The notes beneath the pieces are model-generated. The model was not told where the DNA came from, ran no database searches, and was given only the letters and a program-made list of their open reading frames with translations. A stretch of DNA of 33,664 nt from PVC group bacterium (lineage in GTDB: Bacteria > Auribacterota > Erginobacteria > Erginobacterales > Erginobacteraceae): contig JAZDIV010000149.1 of the NCBI GenBank assembly GCA_043804695.1, forward strand, positions 1 to 33,664. Reading direction: 5' to 3'. The translations under genes and the position numbers were made by a program. The first letter of the stretch is position 1. The number at the start of each line of letters is the position of its first letter. This document shows positions 17,177 through 26,961 of the stretch, piece by piece.

Positions 17177-18127
17177 TCATGGTGACGGCCAGAGTGTCCA
17201 TAAATAAACGGCGTAGCCGGAAAGCAGCACGCCGCCTTCCCAGCGCTGGAGCAGCCGGCCCGTCCACAACAGCGGCAGCAGGGTCGCGGCAAAGGCAACC
17301 ATCACCCACAGGTCCAGCCCGGTGATGCCGGGCGCCCGCAGGGGATTGATGGCCGCGCTGACGCCCAGGATGCCGAGACAGTTGAAGATATTCGATCCGA
17401 TGATGTTGCCGAGGGCGATGTCCGGTTTTTTCCGGAGAGCCGCGACGAAGGAGGTCGCGAATTCCGGCATGCTGGTTCCGGCGGCGACGATAGTGATGGC
17501 GATGACCGCCTCGCTGACGCCAAGTCCGCGGGCGATGGTGGTGGCGGAGGAGACCAGGAACCGGGCCGCCAGAACGAGGAGTCCCAGACCGCCCGCGATG
17601 AACAAGACGTCGCGGTACGCCGAGGCGGACCGGGGGGGGACGCCTTCCGCGAACTCCTCCTCGACGGCGGCGGAGGTTTGCCGCCTCGCCTGCCAGACCG
17701 TGAGGAGGATGTACGCAACCAGGCCGATCACCAGGAGCAGGCCCGGCAGCCGGGATATACCGCCTCCCTGAAGAAGCACCAGGACGAGCAGGGAGACGCC
17801 GATCATGATCGGCATGTCGGTGCGAATAACCGACCAACGGACTGTGATCGGTCGAGCCAGGGCGCCCAGCCCGAGAATAACACCGATGTTGAATATATTC
17901 GATCCGACGACGTTCCCGACGGCGATATCGCCCTGGTTGGTCAGCGACGCCCTGATGCTGACAACCAGCTCGGGCATGCTCGTGCCGAAGGCGACTACGG
18001 TGAGCCCGATAACGAGGGGCGTGAGGCCAAGGCGGAGGGCCAGGGAGGCGCTGCCGCGCACGAGCCCTTCCGCTCCGAGAAAGAGGGCGATGAAGGCCAG
18101 CACAAGAATAATGACATCACGTATCAT
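17177..18127 (-). CDS. Ca2+/Na+ antiporter (YrbG/CaCA family)
   Basis: Two alpha-repeats GTSMPEL...GNVVGSNIFN and GTSMPEF...GNIIGSNIFN; start moved to ATG 18127. Confidence 0.9.
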   Translation of the reverse strand: MIRDVIILVLAFIALFLGAEGLVRGSASLALRLGLTPLVIGLTVVAFGTSMPELVVSIRASLTNQGDIAVGNVVGSNIFNIGVILGLGALARPITVRWSVIRTDMPIMIGVSLLVLVLLQGGGISRLPGLLLVIGLVAYILLTVWQARRQTSAAVEEEFAEGVPPRSASAYRDVLFIAGGLGLLVLAARFLVSSATTIARGLGVSEAVIAITIVAAGTSMPEFATSFVAALRKKPDIALGNIIGSNIFNCLGILGVSAAINPLRAPGITGLDLWVMVAFAATLLPLLWTGRLLQRWEGGVLLSGYAVYLWTLWPSP

Positions 18128-18171
18128 AAAGAAAAAACTAACGATTTTTACTTGGTTTCTTTTTCGTCTGT

Positions 18172-18217
18172 TCCGGAAGTTCAATAATCGGATTTTTCCG
18201 ATTATTGAACTTCCGGA
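18172..18217. repeat. Perfect 21-bp inverted repeat in the antiporter 5' region
   Basis: TCCGGAAGTTCAATAATCGGA-TTTT-TCCGATTATTGAACTTCCGGA. Confidence 0.85.
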
Positions 18218-18247
18218 GCATGGACTTATTTTCTCCGATGTCCGGCG

Positions 18248-18276
18248 ACCATACCGGAAGGAAACAGGATTGTCAA
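18248..18276 (-). promoter_or_regulatory. Putative sigma70 promoter for the antiporter-lpdA unit
   Basis: Minus strand TTGACA-17 nt-TATGGT. Confidence 0.55.
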
Positions 18277-18293
18277 GATTCGCTCCGTCCGCG

Positions 18294-19184
18294 CTATTTT
18301 TCGCGACGCGCTTCCCACCATTGTTCACAAGCGCGGTGGGAACTCCGGACGAAGACGCCGGAGCGGACGCTTCTGAATCCCAGCTTCAGCGCCTGATCCC
18401 GATACTCCTCGAACTTTTCGGGCGGGTGGGGGGAGACCAGGGCGAGGTGCCCGGCGGTCGGGGGGAGGTAATGGCCGATGGTCAGCATCCGGCAGCCGGC
18501 GCGGCGGATGTCCCGCATCAACTGAAGAATCTCAGTGTCGGACTCGCCGAGGCCGACCATGAAGCCGGATTTGATCAGGATATCCTCTGCCCGGGAGGCG
18601 GATCTCAGGACTTCCAGGCTCCGCGTGTAATCGCTCCGGGGGCGCGCGAGGGGGTAGAGGCGCCGGACGGTCTCCATGTTGTGGCCGAGAACATCCGGTC
18701 CCGCTTCAAGGACTGTCCGGAGACTGCGGGGATCGCCCCCGAAGTCGGGGACCAGCGCTTCCACCCCTGCCGCCGGCAGTTTCTCCCGCAGGAGCCGAAT
18801 GCAGGCGGCAACGTGACCGGCACCTCCGTCCGGAAGGTCGTCCCGGGTGACGGAGGTCAGAACGATGTATTTCAGTCCCAGGCGTTTCGCCGCCGTTGCC
18901 ACTTTCTGCGGCTCGTCCGGGTCGAGGGGAACGGCGGTCCCGGTTTTTACCCCGCAGAACCGGCAATCGCGGGTGCAGACCGATCCCATGATCATGAAGG
19001 TCAGCTCCCCCGCTTCGAAACACTCGGAAATGTTGGGACAGAGTGCCTGCTCGCAGACCGTGGCGACCTCGAGAGAACGAAGAAGTCGTTTGAGCCGGAA
19101 CGTCTCTCCCCCCAGCCGCACTTTTTTCAGCAGGTGGCCGGGCAGGCGGGGACGGCCGGCCTTCTGGTTGGTACTCTTCTCCAT
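18294..19184 (-). CDS. lipA: Lipoyl synthase
   Basis: Auxiliary cluster motif CEQALCPNISEC, radical-SAM CTRDCRFC, TSVTRDDLPDGGA, HNMETV, VRSSH. Confidence 0.95.
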   Translation of the reverse strand: MEKSTNQKAGRPRLPGHLLKKVRLGGETFRLKRLLRSLEVATVCEQALCPNISECFEAGELTFMIMGSVCTRDCRFCGVKTGTAVPLDPDEPQKVATAAKRLGLKYIVLTSVTRDDLPDGGAGHVAACIRLLREKLPAAGVEALVPDFGGDPRSLRTVLEAGPDVLGHNMETVRRLYPLARPRSDYTRSLEVLRSASRAEDILIKSGFMVGLGESDTEILQLMRDIRRAGCRMLTIGHYLPPTAGHLALVSPHPPEKFEEYRDQALKLGFRSVRSGVFVRSSHRACEQWWEARREK

Positions 19185-19222
19185 AGGATGAAATCACGCC
19201 CGCAGGTTGGAAAATTCAATAA

Positions 19223-19249
19223 TCTTATTTTTCCTCCGGAAAAATAAGA
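19223..19249. promoter_or_regulatory. AT-stem hairpin with C-GGA-G loop (minus strand) upstream of lipA
   Basis: TCTTATTTTTCC-TCC-GGAAAAATAAGA, perfect 12-bp arms. Confidence 0.5.
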
Positions 19250-19452
19250 ATGTGCAAGCATTGAACCGACATTGCAGGGATATTTTGAAGAAAATTCGTG
19301 TAATTCGCGTAATTCGTAGTTTTATTTAGTCGCCCGCGGCGAAGCCGAGGGCTAAGTTCTATAGTATATATTTTACCTTCCGGACGGAAAAGTAATATAA
19401 TGCCCCAATCTAATCCGGTAATTCTTCACAACCAGCAGGGGAGGGCTTGATC

Positions 19453-20859
19453 ATGAAGCTGTTGTGCATCTGGTTGCTGTCCATGGCGGTGGCCTTTTCG
19501 GCTGTTCCGAAGACGCGGGCTGATGAGCAGGGGCTGAAGGACCGGGTCGACAGGCTCGAGGAGGAGCTGAAGGAACTCAGGAAACAGCTCAAGGAGCAAG
19601 AAAAGAAGATGTGCGATCAGAACCGGACACTGGCCGGGGAGGAGAAGCAGCTTTCCGACCTTATAATTAAGTATCCGTCCGGCCTCCTGGAGAACCGGTA
19701 CGTCTTCGGGGATTACTGGGATGACGGCCTTTTCCTGGAAACCAAAAACAAGCAGTTCAACGCCCGGATCGGAGGTTCCATCAACCTCGACGCCCGCTGG
19801 CCGCGCACCCCGTCCGCCCTCCAGGACTACCTGGAAGCCACCGAGGGAAAAGAACTCCACGAGAGCTCCGAGGTAAGGCGCGCCCGGATTTTCCTGAAGG
19901 GCACTATCTACGAAAATATTTTTTATAAAACTCAGATCGACTTCGCCGACACCGCGGGGACGTACTATATCCACGACATGTTCGTCGGGATGATGGACAT
20001 ACCCTACGTGGGGGCGATTCTGATCGGCCACGCGGCCCGGGCCTTCGGGCTCAACCCGGTCCCGGATGAGAACTGGCTCACTTTCATGGAGTGGGCGCCC
20101 CCCTTCGGCTTCAGCATCGGCCAGCTGCTGGGCGTGGCGGCCGGAAACTCCTTCATCGACGACCACCTGACCTACGCCGTTCAGGTCGGGAAAACCGCCG
20201 GCATTCACTGCAGCGAGATCGGCCAGAGCTACAACCTGAACCTCCGCTTCACCGGGACCCCCTGGTATGAAGACGGCGGCCGGGCCATGCTCCACCAGGG
20301 GCTTTCCTACACCTACCGCGGTTCTTCCGACCAGACCCGGTACGCGTCCGGACCGTCCTTCAGCGAGCAGGTCCCGTTCTTCATCGATACCGGGATCATG
20401 GACACCGACCAGGTCAACGGCATGGCCTACGAGGCCGCCTGGTGCCAGGGTCCGCTCAAGCTCCAGGGAGAGTATTACGGTTTCTGGGCCGACCAGAAGG
20501 ATGGCCCCTCCGACACTTTTTTCCAGGGCTGGTATACCATGGCCTGCTGGTACCTGAGCGGGGAGTACCCGGGTGCCCAATACGTCACCTCTTACGGGGG
20601 GTTCGATATCCGCTGTCATCCCCGCCACGACTTCAGCATCAAGGAAGGGACCTGGGGGGCGTTTGAGGTGGCGGCCCGCTATTCCTGGATGGACCTCAAC
20701 GATGACAACATCCGGGGGGGGATCCTCAACCAGGCCACGCTGGGATTCAATTGGTACCTTAACCCCAACTTCCGGTGGATGTGGAACTACGTCCACTCCC
20801 GTGTCAACGGCATCGGCGCCGCGGATATCCTGGAGACGCGCTTTGGTATCGACTTCTGA
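19453..20859 (+). CDS. OprO/OprP-family (phosphate-selective-like) outer-membrane porin with N-terminal coiled coil
   Basis: Signal peptide, coiled coil, EVRRARIFLKG, LTFME, WGAFEVAARYSWMDLND, TLGFNWYLNPN, terminal Phe. Confidence 0.85.
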   Translation: MKLLCIWLLSMAVAFSAVPKTRADEQGLKDRVDRLEEELKELRKQLKEQEKKMCDQNRTLAGEEKQLSDLIIKYPSGLLENRYVFGDYWDDGLFLETKNKQFNARIGGSINLDARWPRTPSALQDYLEATEGKELHESSEVRRARIFLKGTIYENIFYKTQIDFADTAGTYYIHDMFVGMMDIPYVGAILIGHAARAFGLNPVPDENWLTFMEWAPPFGFSIGQLLGVAAGNSFIDDHLTYAVQVGKTAGIHCSEIGQSYNLNLRFTGTPWYEDGGRAMLHQGLSYTYRGSSDQTRYASGPSFSEQVPFFIDTGIMDTDQVNGMAYEAAWCQGPLKLQGEYYGFWADQKDGPSDTFFQGWYTMACWYLSGEYPGAQYVTSYGGFDIRCHPRHDFSIKEGTWGAFEVAARYSWMDLNDDNIRGGILNQATLGFNWYLNPNFRWMWNYVHSRVNGIGAADILETRFGIDF

Positions 20860-20875
20860 GGCAGCATTCGCAAAA

Positions 20876-20975
20876 GGAATAATGAAATAGTGGAGTGGTG
20901 GAGTAATGAGAAGGCAGTCTCCCGGCGACCTGGCGTAGTTCATCCCCCCATCACTCCAGTACTCCATCACCCCAC
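20876..20975. repeat. Inverted array of GGAGT(G/A)(A/G)T octamers
   Basis: GGAATAATGAAATAGTGGAGTGGTGGAGTAAT ... CCATCACTCCAGTACTCCATCACCCCA. Confidence 0.7.
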
Positions 20976-20996
20976 TGCTGTTGATTCAATATTCAC

Positions 20997-23009
20997 ATGA
21001 CAGAAAATCCCAACAGTTTGTCTTTAATTGAAGATTTTTTTCGGGAGGGCGGGGCTCTCTCCCAGGCCCATCCCCGGTATGATTACCGGCCCCAGCAGGA
21101 AGAGATGGCGGAGGCGGTCCGGGAGGCGATCGAACGCAGGGAAATCCTGATGGTGGAAGCGGGGACCGGGGTGGGAAAGAGCCTCGCCTATCTCTATCCC
21201 TTCGTCCTCTGGTCGAAGAAGACCGGAGAGAAGGCGGCGGTCTCGACCGGGACCAAGACCCTCCAGAAGCAGTTGATCGAGAAGGACATCCCGTTTCTGG
21301 CGGAAACGCTCAATCTGCCGGTCACCGCCGAGCTCTGCCTGGGTGCCGGGAACTATCTCTGCCTCTTCCGGCTGGCCCGCGCCGGCGAGCAGGGGCTTTT
21401 CTCAAGCAAGGAGTCGGCCCGGCAGTACCGGGAAATCGCGGAGTGGGCGGAGGAAACGGAGAGCGGCATCCAGCTTGATCTGGGCTTCCTGCCCCGGGGC
21501 GAGGTCTGGGCCGAGGTCAGAGTGGAGCATGATTTCTGCCTCCGCCAGAAGTGCCCCTTCTTCGGGCCGTGTTTTTATTTCAAGGCCAGGGCGCGCCGGG
21601 AGAAGGCGGACATCCTGGTGATGAATCACCACCTCTTCTTCGCCAATCTGGGGTCCGGGGGGATGATTCTGCCGCCGTTCAAAGCCGTGGTCTTCGACGA
21701 GGCCCACCTGCTGGAAGAGATCGCCACCGAGTTTATGGGGTACGAGGTTTCCAATTACCGGATACCGACCCTGATGGGGTATCTCTACAGCTCCCGGACC
21801 GGGAAAGGTTTTCTTCCGGCGCGGATTGAGGAGGACGAGAAGCGTGATCCGTGGCTCCGGCGGATTGAGAAGCTGCTGGAGCTGAACACGGCGTTCTTCT
21901 CCGGGCTGAAAGACACCTGGAAAGAGATCTTCCGGACCGTCCGTCTGAAAGAGCCGCACTTCGCCGAGGACATTCTCACCATACCGCTCGCGGAACTGAC
22001 CGAATGCCTGGAGGAGCTGAAGGAGACGATGACCGATGACGAGAGCCTGGCGGAGCTGAAGACGTACATCTCCCGCTGCCGGGCTATCCGGGAGGAGCTG
22101 AGCGCCATTCTCTCGATGGAGGACGCCGAGAATGTTTACTGGTACAGCCGGGAGAAGCACGGCCGCCGGATCCGGCAGACCCTGCAGATGGCCCCGATCG
22201 AGGTAGGAGCGTTCCTCCGGAAGTCGCTCTGGGAGAAATACGGCCCGATTGTCCTGACCTCGGCCACCATCTCCACCGGAGGAGATTTTTCCTTCCTGCG
22301 GGGGAGAATCGGCATCGAGAACTGCCGGGAGTGCATTCTCGCCTCTCCCTTTGACTATGAGAACCGGGTGATGCTTTACACGGATCACCGCATCCCCGAT
22401 CCCAACCGCCAAAAGGAGGAGTACGAAGAGCGGGTAATCCAGGATACGGGGAGGCTGATCCTTCTCTCCGGGGGCGGGGCGTTCGTTCTCTTCACCAGCT
22501 ACCGGATGCTGAACAAGGTTTATGAACGGCTCTCGGGTCCCCTGGCCGGGTTCGGGTGTCTCCGGCAGGGGGATGACGAGCGGTACCGCCTCCTGGAGGA
22601 GTTCCGACGGCATCCTTCGTCGGTTCTCTTCGGGACGACCAGTTTCTGGCAGGGGGTCGATGTCCCGGGGGAGAGCCTGAAGTGCGTGATCATCGCCAAG
22701 CTCCCCTTCGCGGTCCCCGATGATCCGGTGACCGAAGCCCGGATTGATTTTATCAAGACACAAGGCGGCGATCCCTTCCGTGAGTACCAGGTGCCCCGGG
22801 CCGTGATCATGCTCCGGCAGGGTTTCGGCCGGCTGATGCGGGGAAAGGATGATTACGGAATCGTGGCCATCCTGGACCCGCGGCTGCGGACCCGGTCCTA
22901 CGGGAGATCGTTCTTCTCCTCCCTCCCGTCCTGCCGGGTGACCTCGAAACTGGCGGACCTGGACGCCTTCCTGAAACAGATTCAGGGAACGGGAAGCGGC
23001 GGAGGGTGA
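20997..23009 (+). CDS. DinG/YoaA-family Fe-S DNA helicase
   Basis: RPQQ, EAGTGVGKS, Cys cluster NYLC...CLRQKCPFFGPC, DEAH, TSAT, SFWQGVDVPG, QGFGRLMR. Confidence 0.92.
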   Translation: MTENPNSLSLIEDFFREGGALSQAHPRYDYRPQQEEMAEAVREAIERREILMVEAGTGVGKSLAYLYPFVLWSKKTGEKAAVSTGTKTLQKQLIEKDIPFLAETLNLPVTAELCLGAGNYLCLFRLARAGEQGLFSSKESARQYREIAEWAEETESGIQLDLGFLPRGEVWAEVRVEHDFCLRQKCPFFGPCFYFKARARREKADILVMNHHLFFANLGSGGMILPPFKAVVFDEAHLLEEIATEFMGYEVSNYRIPTLMGYLYSSRTGKGFLPARIEEDEKRDPWLRRIEKLLELNTAFFSGLKDTWKEIFRTVRLKEPHFAEDILTIPLAELTECLEELKETMTDDESLAELKTYISRCRAIREELSAILSMEDAENVYWYSREKHGRRIRQTLQMAPIEVGAFLRKSLWEKYGPIVLTSATISTGGDFSFLRGRIGIENCRECILASPFDYENRVMLYTDHRIPDPNRQKEEYEERVIQDTGRLILLSGGGAFVLFTSYRMLNKVYERLSGPLAGFGCLRQGDDERYRLLEEFRRHPSSVLFGTTSFWQGVDVPGESLKCVIIAKLPFAVPDDPVTEARIDFIKTQGGDPFREYQVPRAVIMLRQGFGRLMRGKDDYGIVAILDPRLRTRSYGRSFFSSLPSCRVTSKLADLDAFLKQIQGTGSGGG

Positions 23010-23239
23010 TACCGGGGTGAGCCGGCGCTCCCGTTGCCCGGCGATAAAGTTATGCATGGGAAAATCGATCAGTCGCGGATATAATTCATCGTTGGACAAC
23101 ATCCCACATGATTCCAGTTTCATTGAGTTTGCGTTCAGAAACAGGAATAGAATAACAATACGCTCCTTCGCCGCGTTAGGAATTGCAAACTATAGTAGAA
23201 TATTTCGAAACCAATTCAAAATGCATAGGTGGATTTATT

Positions 23240-24649
23240 ATGCGCATGATATTAAAAAATCATCTCGTGCAATTAATTGTTTTACTCTTTATCACTTCTT
23301 TCATGTCTGACATCTCTACAGCTATCGGACAAGCCGATGAGGTAATGATCTTCCAGGAAAAGATTGAATCGGCGAGAGAAATTCTTCAAGCGGATCCGGA
23401 GAATATAGACAATTATATAACACTGGCCCGATTACATTCACAAAGACATTTGGATATAGATTGTTATTGGGTAACTAAACTATATATAGACGCTGTCAAG
23501 ATCAAACCAAATGAACCAAAGCTATATTCGGAATTCGCTTCCTTCTTTCATAAATGTCGCGACAGAGAGAGAGCAGTCACACTATCCCAAAAAGCGTTAG
23601 AGCTCTCACCGGAAGATACAAGTGCGCTCATAATAATTGCCGAGGATGAATCTTATCGAGACCGGGCTAAAGCGTCCAAGGACTATGAGAAAGTTCTCAA
23701 GCTTCAACCGGAAAACGCCCGAGCATATATGCTTCTTGGCGGGTTACTATACAAAACGGGAGATTATAAAAAAGCGAAAGAATATCTGGAACGGGCCAGA
23801 GAGTTGGTCTCGGCCGAAGATAAGTATCTTGAGCAAGAAATAAATGGGCTTATGAAGCAAGTAGATAAAATTGCTGAACTGGAAAAGGTATTTGCAGAGG
23901 GTACTTCCAAATGGGATGAATATGCGGAACTTGGGCTATATTATAGCAGATCTGGAGACAATCTAAACAGAGCAAAAGAGATATTGCATACGGCTTCACA
24001 AAAGATAGAAGAGCCTTGGCGGCTCCATGAAATGCTTGGGCGCATATTAAAGGAAAATCGAAAATATGATGAAGCGGTCAAAGAATATCAGGAAGCCATC
24101 CGAATTGCGCAAGAAAATAAAAATACTGTCGCTGAATATCAAATTAACGGACTAAACGATCAATTAGGGGATACATACAAGGAAATGGGGAGACTTGAAG
24201 AAGCATTATCCGCTTATAACAATGCTTTTGCCGGGACAAGCCATTGGGGAGAGGAAACGTGGCATAAGCGTTTCAAAAAAATTGGCGATATTTACTTTCG
24301 CCTGGGCGAATATGATATGGCGGAGTTAGCTTATCAACACTCAAATGATCCGATCGCTGAGGCAGGGGTTTACCGGGCATTGAATAAATACCAGCGGGCT
24401 CTATCCGTCCTCTGGAGAGCGATCAGGAAAGAACCGGAGGAGAGTTATAAAAGGCATGGAAGACCCGTCAATAAAGACGGAAAACCGGTGGATGGCATTT
24501 GGTATAAGGCGAACTACCGATTATATATCGAACTCGGGAAAACCTACCAAGAGATGGGACAACCCGGTAAAGCTATGGCAGCTTATTGGGAAGCGCTCAA
24601 ACTTTGTGATTCCGAGGAAGCGAATGCAGCTATCAAGGAACTTTTTTAG
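23240..24649 (+). CDS. Secreted TPR-repeat protein (AT-rich, probably acquired)
   Basis: N-terminal hydrophobic segment, multiple TPR units (AYMLLGGLLYKTGDYKKAKEYLERA etc.); visibly AT-richer than flanks; start at ATG 23240 after AGGTGG. Confidence 0.75.
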   Translation: MRMILKNHLVQLIVLLFITSFMSDISTAIGQADEVMIFQEKIESAREILQADPENIDNYITLARLHSQRHLDIDCYWVTKLYIDAVKIKPNEPKLYSEFASFFHKCRDRERAVTLSQKALELSPEDTSALIIIAEDESYRDRAKASKDYEKVLKLQPENARAYMLLGGLLYKTGDYKKAKEYLERARELVSAEDKYLEQEINGLMKQVDKIAELEKVFAEGTSKWDEYAELGLYYSRSGDNLNRAKEILHTASQKIEEPWRLHEMLGRILKENRKYDEAVKEYQEAIRIAQENKNTVAEYQINGLNDQLGDTYKEMGRLEEALSAYNNAFAGTSHWGEETWHKRFKKIGDIYFRLGEYDMAELAYQHSNDPIAEAGVYRALNKYQRALSVLWRAIRKEPEESYKRHGRPVNKDGKPVDGIWYKANYRLYIELGKTYQEMGQPGKAMAAYWEALKLCDSEEANAAIKELF

Positions 24650-24659
24650 GAGAAGGCTC

Positions 24660-24803
24660 CAAAGTGATCCCGGGGCCGGCGATTATACCGGGAACGGGAC
24701 CGACGAGATCGGGATTTACCGGTTCAATTCCGGTCTCTGGGCCGTCTCCGGCCTAACTCGGGTCTATTTCGGCGGCGCCAACGATCTGCCGGTCACCAGA
24801 TAA
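24660..24803 (+). pseudogene. Orphan 3' end of an FG-GAP/VCBS-like repeat protein gene
   Basis: Frame reads GDYTGNGTDEIGIYRFNSGLWAVSGLTRVYFGGANDLPVTR* with host-like GC content and no credible start. Confidence 0.65.
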
Positions 24804-24915
24804 CTGCCGCATCCCCGAAAAGGCATTTATCCGCCTGCGCAGAAGGCTCCGGTCTTGCCCCGGTATGAATACGAGAACATGCTTCGGCGGATGTCGCCGT
24901 CCCGTGAAGCGGATA

Positions 24916-24980
24916 ACCCGCCGAAGCCTTGGCGAAGGCGGGTAATTATGGAGACCACGGGCTTGCCCGTAGGGCTCCAT
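24916..24980. repeat. Two adjacent REP-like palindromes
   Basis: ACCCGCCGAAGCCTTGGCGAAGGCGGGT and ATGGAGACCACGGGCTTGCCCGTAGGGCTCCAT. Confidence 0.65.
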
Positions 24981-25010
24981 TCAGCAAAAGATAATTTCGG
25001 GAGTATAAGA

Positions 25011-25937
25011 TTGAAAAAAAGAGAACTGAACCCGGCTCACCCCGGCAATGACGTGTATCAACAAGGGGCGGTCGGGGCGTGGATCGGCATCGTCGGGAAC
25101 ATAGTATTATGCGCCGTTAAATTCCTGGCCGGTATTCTGGGCCAGAGCGCGGCGATGGTGGCCGACGCCGTTCACAGCCTCTCCGACATGATGAGTTCCA
25201 TCATCGTCCTGGCCGGCCTGAAGGTGGCCCGGAAACGTCCGGACCGGGAACATCCCTACGGCCACAGCAAGGCGGAGAGCGTCGCCGCCCAGATGGTGGC
25301 GTTATTCCTGGTTTTCCTGGGGGGGATGATTTTTTTCAAATCCTGGAAGAGCATCTCCGACTCGGATTACACGACTCCGGCCGGATATGTCCTGCTGGTA
25401 GCGGTTCTTTCCATAGTCACCAAAGAAGGTCTCTATCAATACAAAAGCCGTCTCGGGAAAAGGATTCACTCCAGTTCATTGATCGCCGACGCCTGGCATC
25501 ATCGTTCCGACGCCCTGTCCTCCATCGCTGTCCTGATCGGTGTCTCACTGGCCTTGCTCGGGGGACCACGGTTTCACGTTGCCGACCACGTCGCGGCCAT
25601 GGCGGTGGCCCTGATCATCTGTTACGCGGGCGTCCGGATGCTCTTCAAGACCAGTTCGGAGCTGATGGATCAGGTAGTCACCGGCCCTCCCGCTCAAAAG
25701 ATCGAGGAGATGGCGCTGGCGGTTCCCGGCGTCAAGAGGGTGGAAAAGCTTTTGATCCGCAAGTCGGGCATGGACCTGATGATCGATATCCACATTGAAG
25801 TGGAACCGTCTCTCTCCGTGGTCCAGGGCCATGACATCGCCGGCGAAGTCAAGAGACGGCTGATGGAACAGGTCGGATCACTGAAAAGCGTGCTGGCCCA
25901 TGTCGAGCCGTTCCAGCCGCGCCTCCCCGAACCCTGA
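25011..25937 (+). CDS. Cation diffusion facilitator (FieF-like) transporter
   Basis: ADAVHSLSD, HPYGHSKAE, ADAWHHRSD, C-terminal HIEV...H...HVEP; probable TTG start after GGGAG. Confidence 0.88.
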   Translation: MKKRELNPAHPGNDVYQQGAVGAWIGIVGNIVLCAVKFLAGILGQSAAMVADAVHSLSDMMSSIIVLAGLKVARKRPDREHPYGHSKAESVAAQMVALFLVFLGGMIFFKSWKSISDSDYTTPAGYVLLVAVLSIVTKEGLYQYKSRLGKRIHSSSLIADAWHHRSDALSSIAVLIGVSLALLGGPRFHVADHVAAMAVALIICYAGVRMLFKTSSELMDQVVTGPPAQKIEEMALAVPGVKRVEKLLIRKSGMDLMIDIHIEVEPSLSVVQGHDIAGEVKRRLMEQVGSLKSVLAHVEPFQPRLPEP

Positions 25938-25958
25938 ACCCTGAACCCCGCCCGGGCG

Positions 25959-26888
25959 TCAGCCCAGGCTCCCGGCCAGCCCCTCGATTGACTCCAGAGA
26001 TTCCACCGGGATACAGGCGATCTCACGGTCGGTCTTCTTCACCAGTCCCGTCAGCACCTTGCCCGGTCCCACTTCGACGAAGGTGTCGATCCCCTGCGAG
26101 ATCATGTGCCGGATGGTCTCGGTCCACCGCACCGGACCGTTGATCTGGGCGATCAGATTATGACGGATCTCATCCGAACCGGTTTCGGGGCGGGCGGTCA
26201 CGTTGGCGATCACCGGGACCGCGGCACCATTGACCGGCGCTCCTTCCAGTTCCGGCCGGAACTGTTCGGCCACCGGGTCCATCAGGCTGGAGTGGAAGGG
26301 AGCGCTCACGGGCAGCATCATCGCCCTTTTCGCCCCTTTCTCCTCTGCCAGCGCGATCGCGCGCTCGAGGCCGGCTTTTTCCCCCGAGATCGCCGTCTGG
26401 ATCGGCGAGTTGTAGTTGGCCGCCTGGACGATCCCGGCCGAGGAGGCTTCGGCGCAGATCGCCTCGACCTCGGCGGGGGAGAGGCCGATAATGGCGGCCA
26501 TTCCTCCTTTCACGGAACTGGTGGCGTTGTGCATCAACTGACCGCGGATTCTGACCAGGCGAAGGGCATCCAGGAAGGAGAGGGACCCGGCGGCGACCAG
26601 GGCGCTGTATTCGCCCAGACTGTGGCCGGCGACCATTTCCGGCCGGATGCCTTTTTCGGCCAGCAGATGAAGAACGATCGTGCTCACCGTGACGATGGCC
26701 GGCTGGGTATTGTAGGTCATAGTCAGTTCCTCTTCCGGGCCGTCGAAGCAGAGGCTGCTGAGGGGGAAACCGAGTTCCTCATCCGCCTGGAAGAAGAGTT
26801 TTCCGCCGATCGGCGTCCGGGAGATCTCCCGTCCCATCCCGACGTACTGGGATGCCTGCCCGGGAAAAATAAAGGCGATTCTCGACAT
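25959..26888 (-). CDS. fabD: Malonyl-CoA:ACP transacylase
   Basis: FIFPGQASQ, TQPAI, GHSLGEY, VSAPFHS, EVGPGKVL; AAGGAGG RBS fixes the start. Confidence 0.95.
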   Translation of the reverse strand: MSRIAFIFPGQASQYVGMGREISRTPIGGKLFFQADEELGFPLSSLCFDGPEEELTMTYNTQPAIVTVSTIVLHLLAEKGIRPEMVAGHSLGEYSALVAAGSLSFLDALRLVRIRGQLMHNATSSVKGGMAAIIGLSPAEVEAICAEASSAGIVQAANYNSPIQTAISGEKAGLERAIALAEEKGAKRAMMLPVSAPFHSSLMDPVAEQFRPELEGAPVNGAAVPVIANVTARPETGSDEIRHNLIAQINGPVRWTETIRHMISQGIDTFVEVGPGKVLTGLVKKTDREIACIPVESLESIEGLAGSLG

Positions 26889-26961
26889 CATTTCCTCCTT
26901 TGGTTCAGCGCCGCCGGCGCTGATTTTTGCCTGCGCTCTCCCTGCGAGGGCGGGGGCTGGA

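Noticed and set aside
18128..18293. yybP-ykoY (Mn2+) riboswitch before the antiporter
   Set aside because: Could not find its conserved GGGGAGTAG-type core; only a simple perfect IR is visible
20997..23009. CasDinG of a type IV CRISPR system
   Set aside because: No cas genes or array; looks like the housekeeping YoaA/DinG with host-like composition
23017..23310. 97-aa ORF as a toxin partner of the TPR gene
   Set aside because: No motif or RBS support, and it overlaps the TPR gene start
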